From NCBI GenBank assembly GCA_012026655.1, contig JAAILG010001168.1:1-64000 (forward strand): a stretch of 64,000 nucleotides of DNA, in the 5' to 3' direction. The stretch's first letter is position 1, and each line of letters starts with the position of its first letter. Source of the stretch: Hydrolagus affinis (taxonomy: Eukaryota). This document shows positions 54,378 to 64,000 of this stretch, piece by piece. The notes under the pieces are model-generated. The model made no database searches. It saw only the letters and a list, made by a program, of their open reading frames with translations, and was not told where the DNA came from. Position numbers and translations under genes: made by a program.

Positions 54378-54600
54378 AGATGATTCTCTAATGGTTGTCA
54401 AATCTGCAGATCTTGGCCAGCAAATCATATTCTCTGCTGATCTTTAAATTTACAGACCTTGGCAGCAAGAGCTAATAATGGGATTTCCCCCCCCCACCAC
54501 CCCCATTATAAACTCCGACCACGAATGTCTGTAAATTTACAGACCAGTGGAGAATAAGATGTTCTCGCCCATAAATTTACCAACCCTCAGAGAGTCTCGC
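54378..54600. repeat. Decayed palindromic (MITE-like) element
   Basis: tattctctgctgatctttaaatttacagac pairs with gtctgtaaatttacagaccagtggagaata. ataatggg pairs with cccattat. Confidence 0.7.
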
Positions 54601-56728
54601 GCTGTGAATTGTAATCATTGTTTTAGTTTGGAAATCAGCAGTCATTTTTGTTTTTGTTTTTTTTAAAAGAAATCTCCAGAGATGGAGATTCTTCCAGACT
54701 ATTAAATCTAGGATTGAAGACACCAATGAGGTATTCTGATAGTAAGAAGAAATAAAAGTGCAGGAAACAGTGAGCAGAATGTTTTAAAGCAACGTTGGGA
54801 ATTGAGATTTCCAGAACAATGAGCTTCACATTTCTTCTTCTGCTGCAGTTAGTAAAGTACACCTTAGTTACACTAATAGATGGAGATTCTGTTTCTTTAA
54901 ATTGTTCGGATACTTTTGCTCTTTTTAAACTGAGTGACTTCTGCTTCTGCAGATGACCTCTTTTGTATTTTTAAAACCAAAATTGTTTCCTTTGACCTTT
55001 GGACATGGGATAAGAGTAATTGTGGGAAAATGTGTAACAGTGCACTGAGTGTCAGCCTCTGTGCCAGGAATAAGAAGAATTTTTGCATATTGACATTGAG
55101 TTGTGGACCATGAAAAGTTACAGCTCTGCCAGTTTCCAGTTTGCTCACAGTATTCCCTTCCGTTTCTGGTTAAAGAAGCTTTTTAACAAAACCCGATCTG
55201 TTTGGCCTGGACAGAAAGCCCGAGCTGTCCTTCCTGTGCTACCGCAGAGAGAATGAGAAATGAAGGCTGAAGGCCTAGACAGTTTGCAAGGGAAATGCAC
55301 ACAAGGTCAGCGAGAATTGAGAACGTATTCGCTTTGTGCTCCCCGGGTGATATCCAATAACCCCTTCAGCTTTCAAACTGTAAAACGCAGATTCATTTGC
55401 TCAATTCAGGGAGACAGGAGCAGATTTTGTCAGAAACTTAGCTGGAGTTATATTTGACACAGCCTCACATTGTAGAAGGAACACTTTCTTTATCTAAGCA
55501 ACAGGAGGGCATGACAATGTAAGCACTTGACAGAAGCAACATAAATTCAGTGTATTGCTAGCCTGACCCAGGCCACGTGAAAGGAATGCACCGTTTTCCT
55601 TTGACGGTCTGATTTCCTGACTGACGTTTGAGCGGTTGTCTAGCCTAGCCACTAAAGAAAGTCTACATCAATTACTTAAAAGGAAGCCAGCCTTGTCTCT
55701 GAAAGCTTGGCAGTAGAGTAGTTATTGTTGAAGTAAAGCTAATGAACTCACTTTTTTTTGTATTTTCAAAGGCTTAATTATTTGTTTTAAGGTCACAAGA
55801 CTTAAGATCTTAAAACACAGCCTTCTATAGAAATAAAAACTCACTACATCAGATGAATTGCAGCAGTCTCCTCTTGGTTTACTATAATGTTTTCTTTTCA
55901 CTCTGCTGCATTTTACTGTTTTCCTCTGACAAGCCTTCTTAATTATAGTTCGCTGCTTTAATATAGATGTGCCGAAACCTTACTCTCACATCTTCCACTT
56001 GATCGATTTGTTTCACAAGTGGGAGCGAGATTTACCCATTAAATCTTCACATCTAATGTTTCCGTGGCCTGAAAAGTGACGTTTGACAATTCTGTACACA
56101 ACATTTCTATATACAGTACTGTACCATGAAAACATGAACATGTAATGACCTTTAATGTTTGATCATGTGTGCCAGGTGATCAAACCTGCACTGTATTTGG
56201 CATGTGAATGGATGCTGCTCAAACACAACACATCTCAACATCTTCTCTCCTTGTTGCTCATTTTATGTTGATGTAACAAGAAGTTTGTGTACAAACTTGT
56301 GAATTGTGTACAGTGTGATGTGAATTGCTGATTCAGCACAACACAGTGCAGCGCTGGGGGAGCCTCATCGTTTGATGTTGCAGCACTGTACGTATTTAAT
56401 ATTGAACTATAAACCTAGGGAGGTCTGATTCCTATTCCTGTGCAGAATTAGGTGGATCTCTTTCACTCAGAGAAAGGATTCCAGAATTGGTCTCGAATAT
56501 AAAGGGGGAAAACAGGGACTGTTCATGATCACTTGCCAATTACCTCCTTCTGCAAATGGCAAGTGTTTAAACATTAACTGAGGACAACAATAACAAATCA
56601 CACTTGTATAGTAATTTGGGATGCCAGGAGTCCCAAGGCGTTGGACAGTCATGGATCCGCACCCGAGCTGGTGGTTGAGATTAGGAGGGTTGGAGGGGAG
56701 AGAGGGGAGGGCAGTAGGGTGACCAAAC

Positions 56729-57226
56729 AGCATTCGCCTCTCAGGCGAGGGGATCTTGGTTTGATTCCCGGGCAGGGCAAAACACTAAACAAGTTTCCTT
56801 ATGTCTCTGTTTACCTAGCAGTAAATAGGAACCCAGTTGTTAGTGCATTGGCAGATTGCTTTTCTGGGGGTAATAATTAAATATTTTGGTCACTCAATCC
56901 ACAATTGTTTGTGGGACACTGCTGTGTGTTGGGACATTTCATCCACAAGATACATACTTTACACTATATTCTGTGAATCACTTTGAGATGTGATGAAAAT
57001 GTGATAATAATCCTTGCATTTGATATAGTGCTTTTTATGTCTTCTAGAAATCTCAAAGTGCTTCACAGAATATACTGGAAAGTGAATTGACTGTATATTT
57101 GGGGGTGAAATGCAGCAGCCAATTGCGCACAGCAGTGTCCCACAAACAGTCGTGGGTTGAAATTACCAACTTGTTTTGAGGGTTTATTATCTGGCGCTCT
57201 ATCAAATTCCAGGATTATTATTATTT
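56729..57226 (+). mobile_element. Long-variant SINE (+) interrupted by an antisense SINE 3' half (about 57004-57191)
   Basis: The plus copy breaks at gtgata and resumes at ggcgctctatcaaattccaggattatt. Confidence 0.85.
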
Positions 57227-60175
57227 ATAACTTCAATTAAAAAATCTTACTTCTATCTTTGAAATATATTTTGAAATAAGTTCAGTTTTTAGGACATAGT
57301 TACACACAAAAAATAAATAGTACACTTTGGAAGATTCTTACTGCGCAGTCTCTATGAATACTCAGGATTTGACAAAAGATTGTTGCTTGCAAAGTCACTT
57401 GTAAGGCTCAAGAAGTCTGTCGTTTTTCCCAGCCCTCCCCATTATGAGGTTACTCGGTCTTGGCTTCATGTCTTAGTTTATAGAGGCTGTTATCCTGATG
57501 TAGAGGAACAAAGAAGTGGGTTTGCTGTTTTTGTAGAAAATCAGCACAGATAGGGTGCTGAAATGAACCCAATTCAAAGTTATCCACATAAAACACCCTT
57601 GTTGCTTTCAATGAGTGCTTGGCACATTACAAAAACAGTTTTTGTTTCAAAATTAAGGTTCCAGTGTAAACAAAAACCCTGGACATTGCTCAAATCACAC
57701 TTCCTGCTGGCCAGTCATGGAGAAATATTGACAGGAGTTGTAGTGAAGTCAGCGACCAACACTTCCTGCTTCCTGACTGGAGAAACGTGATGCTAATTAG
57801 AAAAGGAGCAAATGTTTTGCTGCAAACAAGGAAAAAAAACGGAATAGTGAATGTAAAAATACACATTATTTAATGGGTGATGTTTGACACAAAAGAGGAA
57901 TTATTTATTCCATCACAAAGTCGAGCATTACTTATTCTAATTATGGTCAAATACTTTAATTTACTTTAATGTAGTTTAAATGTTCTGGGGGCCAATTCTG
58001 AGAATACATATTGCTTCAATTTGTCATTGATGTCTGAGTAAGTCTATTCTTCAGAGAAGTTTGTTTCAAATCCAAAAAATTCGGAAATCTATCTTAAAAC
58101 CCCAACTGCTTTCCAGTTACAATCATCTACTGGTCTGTATATCTTGCGCTTTACTCACTAGAATTCGAAAGACATCATTTGATCCAATTTCCCACAACTG
58201 TTGACATTGGGGAATTAAGGTGTTCATAAGCAAATTAGTATTTGACCTGCTAGTTTCCCCTTTGACCGTGTAGGAGATGCACCAGGGATAGCTGGTCCCT
58301 GCAACCCAGCTGCTGAGACTACAAACATAGACAGAGATCAAGATCATAGGATACATCATTGGTAAATGGATCAGCTTGTATTCAATCTCGGTAATTCTCG
58401 TAGGCCAATTTATTTTGATGGTTCCAGTAATGTGCCACTTGTGTACCATCTTCCACCACAGCCTTTAGATTGTCACCTGACACCTCAGTTATTATATGCC
58501 ACCTGAAATATTTGTCTGTACCTTTATATTTTAAAAAAGGTAAGGAGTCCTGCATTTGCTCCTTAGTTAGTAATGTATACCAACAAAACTTCAGAGGTTT
58601 CGATCACCATTGATCCAGGACATATGACCTTCATTGATTTTGCTATTTGTTTAACTAATGCTTTGAACATAATCCTAGCAAAGGTATTAAAGAATCGCTG
58701 ATTCACATCTGAATTACTTTGTTCCACTACATATTTAGAGACTTGCTGTACCACATCTACTGTAGGATAAAATCAAGTAGCTTTCACTGAAACGAGCTCA
58801 TCAATCCATGGTTGGCAAGCCTTATGAAATCCTGGAAGACTATCTCACTGGTTTCCATGGCAGTCAAGATCAGGATTGCCAAGTCAGCACAGTATTTTTT
58901 TTAAAACTGTACTTATCCCCCAAGTGCAGAAATAACCAAAGGAGCAATAAGTTTTCAACTAATTGAAGCATTTACGTGTTCTTAATTTTCAGTAGTTTTA
59001 GTGTAACTGCACTGCGGGTGCCACTTGGCTACATGACTTAATCTAAGTCTTTAGGTTTCTGTTTTCCCTCAAATTCCCTTTGTTTTTGATGTGGAACTCA
59101 AATTGTTGTCCGCTCTGCTGCCTTTCTTTTTTTGCCATGATGTTTTGGACTCTGATTCCTTCATCTTGCATAACTTCAAATTGCTACAGACTGCATTTCG
59201 AAAGGTGTTCCATAACGAGAACGAGTTGCCTCTTCATTTTTTTTCCATCTCCCAAAATGTCAATCTAGCAATTATCTGTCAGGAAAGCTAAAAGCATAGT
59301 AACAGACACCATATACGTAGGCATCTCTAGCATCAATTTGAAATTCATCATCAATGTTCATTTTGGTGAGAAAATTAAGTTAAGAATCCAAAAAGTAAGC
59401 CTGCTCTACAGTTTATTGATGTACAATGTGGCTGCCTTTCATATTGTCTCACCCCCTCCCCAACCAACCAACATTGTAATGGCTAAATGGGTCTTAATCT
59501 GTGCTTATTTCTCATACATATTTGGGACATATTCACACCTGGAAGCATCTGAAACATACCTTTGTTAAAAAAAAAAAATGCCTTGTGCACTATTATCTTT
59601 CTCTGGTTAAAGAAGAAATGCAGTTCCAACATTGAAATAGCTATATCACATTTAATTGCAATCACAGCTTATCTACAAGTTATGTGATGTGGATATTCTA
59701 ACCAGGTAATGACCCAACTTCAAAAAATATTAGGACAGAGTGCTTTCCAATCCTTATGGTGTGTTTTTTCAACTTCATTTCTTTAAACTTTCTCCAATTG
59801 AAAATAAATATGATGGGAATCTGCAGTGTTCTAAAAAGTGTCTGCGATGGAGCTATTACAAAGGGATGATACGGTGTATTCTGGAAGGAGCAGACCTCCG
59901 TTTTAAAACGTGTTAGCTTTGTGAAGTCTGACACATGGTACCAGGAAGTGACACCATTTCAAGATCTAAAAGGAAAACTTCAAGTGCTGGAAATTCTAAA
60001 TAAAAGAAAGGTGCTTGACGAGCACCGCAGGTCATTCGCAACAAAATAATAATCTTTACATTTCATGTAGGGCTTTTCAAGTCTGGAGGAGGTGTTAAAG
60101 GATAGGTTGGAAAATGTAGTAACTTAACTGTGTATTTTGTAGGCAAACAAGAAAGAGAAAGGTTAACACATTGGG

Positions 60176-60548
60176 AATAATAATAATAATAACAATCCTT
60201 GGATTTGATTTTGTGCCTGATCATGTCTTCTAGACATCACAAAGTGCTTCACAGAATTTGCTATAAAGTGAATTGACTGTACATTTGGGGGTGAAACGCG
60301 ACAGCCAATTTCGTACAGCAGTGACCCCCCAAACAGATTGAGTGACCGAACTATTATTGTTTTTTTTAGGTACTATTATAATGGAAAAGCTATTCACCAA
60401 GCAACTAATAACTGAGTTCCTACTTACTGCTAGGTAAACAGTGGTGTGTGGACTAAGGAAACTTGCCCAGCATTAAACCCTGCCAGGAATCGAACTCAGA
60501 TCTCTTGCTTACAATGCAAGTGCTCTAACCACTGAGCTACAGGACTCC
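60176..60548 (-). mobile_element. Full-length long-variant SINE with intact-looking Pol III A and B boxes
   Basis: The minus strand reads ggagtcctgTAGCTCAGTGGttagagc...GAGTTCGATTCC. Confidence 0.9.
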
Positions 60549-61618
60549 ATAGTGCTTAAACTTCTACATAAATTCAATACACAGTCAGGCATCAAATGTG
60601 TGGCCATTCATTCCCTCCTACTCTGCAATCTAGTTCCATAAATACCAAAAGCAGCTTGAATTGTGCCAAAAGCACACAAGGATTACAGTTTGCACATGGA
60701 ATTACAAAGATTAATATCGCATGGAAACAAGCCATACGGCATAACTAATCTGTGCCGGTATTTATATTCCACACTAGCCTCCACTGCTTCTGTTCCCATC
60801 TCCTATAACTGCCTAACATTGTACATTCATCCATTTATAATAAGTGTCTTACTAAAGTGTGTAAAATGCCTATTGTCACTAATAGAGCTAATGATGAAAG
60901 CAAATACACCCAGAATCAGACTCTATCCATAATGGCATAGCTCCTGGATAAAAAAAATAGTCTGATGGTTTCAAAAATCTGCATGTATCAAGCAGGACAT
61001 ATAGTCCTGTGCAAACCTTCCACTCCAATTCATAAATTATGGGAATATTGGTACTTTATTAACCTCAAAAGAAACAAAAACGAATCCCCAGGGTTTACAT
61101 TACAAAGCAGTTTTGCAGAGTTATTTCACAAGAAATAAGACAAATATGAAAAATTATGCTGCACTATTAATTCTGGCTTCCAGCTGGAGTAAACTGAATA
61201 CAATTATTTCTCTCAAAAATGTTTTCCGGGAACAAAATTCATTGGAAAGAGATTGCTATTATACCGAGCTTCCTGCTAAAAATCAGTGTGTCTTTTATTT
61301 GCCCCTCTGGGGTGTCCATATTCTCTCAAATGTTAAGTCTGAAGATTTTGGTGTTGCTCCATTCTGTCCTAAATTTACTCACTCCACAGTTGGATTGATA
61401 TGGTTTGTCACTGTTGGCGAGGGTATCTGCCTTGTTAGAGTAATTAAAAAGAGAGAAATGCGCATTATCGAAAGTGTCTTCTTGTAGTCTGCTCAGGTGC
61501 TGTGAAAGCTAACCCCACAAAATGTTTTCAATCCCAGGCAAAGTGGAAATGTTGGTGTTGTGCTGAAGACGGTGGTGGCATTTTCCTCCATGATCATTAA
61601 CAGGCCTTACAGCATTTC

Positions 61619-61730
61619 AATAATAATCCTTGCAGTTGATATAGTGCCTTATCACATCTTCGAGTCATCTCAAAGCACTTCACAAAATATACTGTAAAGG
61701 GAATTGACTGTATATTTGTAGGTGAAACGC
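61619..61730 (-). mobile_element. SINE 3' fragment
   Basis: aataataatccttgcagttgatatagtgcc...gaattgactgtatatt. Confidence 0.85.
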
Positions 61731-64000
61731 TTTTCAGAATACAGTCCCCACATATCTATTATATATATCATATAGAGAATATGCAATACCTAATTGCTCT
61801 TACATTACATGAAATAATATGTATTGACCAACTGGTTTTATTCTTGATTTACTCATTGCTCCTGTTTCCCCCCATTTTAAACAGCAAGTGGCAAGCTGTA
61901 AACCAGATGAACTGTATTTATTTCCCACCGACTATAAATACTACTTTGTCTTGTTTAGAAGTCCTTGCTCTATGTATGTTTTCACTACTAGACTTTTTGT
62001 TTAGATCAAAGGTGTGACATTTTTAATTATTGAAACCAAAGATGGGCAGTTTCAGCACTAAGAAATAAAAGTGTAACAAGTGGCGGAATTTAAATGCCTA
62101 ATAAATAAATAGAAGGTTTACAATGTGCAGCTGTTGTCAACGTGAAGCATTTTGTATAGTGGAAAGAATGTAAGAAACATAGCCAAACACTATAGCCAGT
62201 CGGGTAAAAGGCTGTCTAGTCTCTATGGATTCTTCATGCTGCTCATTGTCTGAGATTACTTTTTTTCTCGGATTCATTTGCATTTGAAGGACAAAGACCT
62301 TCTGTTAGAGACCCATAGCAGCTCTTCCCATTTTACCTTTAAAAGAACATTGGTATCCATAGGGTGACTTGTTGCATTACCTCAATCTTTTGGAGTCCAC
62401 AGGAAGCAATACAAATATGTCTTTTAACACAAGTCGCAGCACAAAATGTATTTTCTCCAAAAATAAAGCTAATGGATTGAAAAGCTGTGTAAAGTATAGA
62501 GGCTTTTACTGTGAAGGGGTTGTTGGAGAGGAAGGATGCACGGGATGGTGGGATTGCTTACACAAACAAGATTGTTAGGGGTTCTATTCAGCCTGTCTGT
62601 TCCCTAGTTTATACTGTAAGGAAGTTGTGACTTCTGGAATGACAACAGAGCGTTCCCAGCTTCCGACACCTGCTTGCGTTATACGTCTGTGAATTATGTA
62701 TTTGGCTTTTTGCAAGGCTCAGCAACAAGTTGTATGCTAAGTAGATCTTAAACCTGGTAATCTATTAAGCAGCAAATACAGTTAGCTTTTTGCCACTTGT
62801 GAATGAACAGAATTATTTGTTGGCCTGTTGAATAGCTGTAATGTGATCAGTAGAAATGTGAAATCGGTTTGTATTTCCCCTGAAGGCCTTTGGCTGCATA
62901 CGCATGGTAGTTAATATCCTCTGCATTCATGCACTGAGACAGTAAATCAAGCCAGGGTTCACCGGTGGGCTGTAATATTTCTAAATGGTGCACAACTTGA
63001 AATCACTCTAAAACAGATAACCACGGAGATACTATTTAAATATGATATTGCATTCTATTTACTTGTGCACTTTGGTAGAGTGGCCTCATATTTTGAGTTT
63101 ACTGTTGCTTTGAATGCGACTACTGAACATCACTGCTCACCAAATTTTATGGTCGTTTCTGATGTGTATTACAGATTTCTTTGAATACATTCATGACCTC
63201 TGGTTAGACCATACTGCAGTGCTACGTTCTTATGATGTCACCTGTAAACAGGCGAGAACTTTGACACTGGCACAGCATGAAGCTGCTTAAATCAGGGCCT
63301 CATTTACAGGACCCCGCTGCCTGCAAAATGCCTCTAATGGCATTATCCCCAGGCCTGAGGGGCGAACTGAATAACAAAACCCAAAAGGCTCTCTTATGTG
63401 GAAAAATAAAGCTAATCTCTGATAATATAACCTAATCTCCTCTTGATCTGCTCTCAAGCACCTCTGAAGTTGAAGGGAAAAAAAGCACAGTAGAAAGATG
63501 TTCTTGTCCTGCAATGTGCTTAAGCATCTTTGAGAAAGGAGTTGTTTTATACATTTACACACTGCTGTAGCCATCGATTGAATACTATTGTTAAATGACC
63601 TGGCTCACTCTGAGAAGTGATCTTTTATAATTCCCATCCACAGTGAGCACAGCAGATCAGATTCCTCCACATAGTTTTATAGTTCAACCTAACGGCAGGA
63701 CATAAAATTGCCATTTGGTAAACGTTATCAACCAATGTTTTCTCTCATTAGTAATTGCATCTAATTCATCAAGACTTAAATGGTGATGCATGCTTTGACT
63801 AAAATGTATATTTTAAACAGCTATATTTGCTTGTAGTTTGCCCCACAACAATTCTATGACCTCAGCATTAAACTTTTATTGAGTATATCCCCCTGACCTC
63901 AAATTGGAAATTTGTGTTGGAACCAACCTAACCGACTATTATAGCTCTCAACTGTTGTTAATTTTACATTTGTCTAATAAAACGCAGCGGGAAGCTGAAG

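Noticed and set aside
6080-61730. Recurrent gtgggacactgctgtg motif as a CRISPR or other array
   Set aside because: Dispersed, on both strands and irregularly spaced. These are SINE bodies, and no cas genes are present.

Overview
This is eukaryotic, AT-rich, repeat-rich vertebrate DNA. The repeat complement (tRNA-derived L2-tailed SINEs, Deu-domain SINEs, L2 and CR1 LINE remnants, Penelope-type termini) suggests a cartilaginous fish, possibly a chimaera; this is inferred from repeat types and not verified. The window looks like the interior of one large + strand gene. I can support only two short, frame-symmetric candidate coding exons (26837-26959 and 52404-52466) and cannot name the gene. 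Almost all listed ORFs are chance ORFs or LINE/SINE-derived. Other structure: more than 15 copies of one young SINE family, four L2 3' ends, one CR1 3' end, an 885-bp pogo/Tigger-type non-autonomous transposon with intact TIRs and TA duplication, two short TSD-flanked Penelope-like inserts with hammerhead-like remnants, a near-perfect 97-bp-arm inverted repeat, several decayed palindromic elements, repeat-poor blocks resembling enhancers, and a 100-N gap. I found no CRISPR array, rRNA, true tRNA gene or intact autonomous element. I see no convincing new protein-coding system; the best leads are non-coding.
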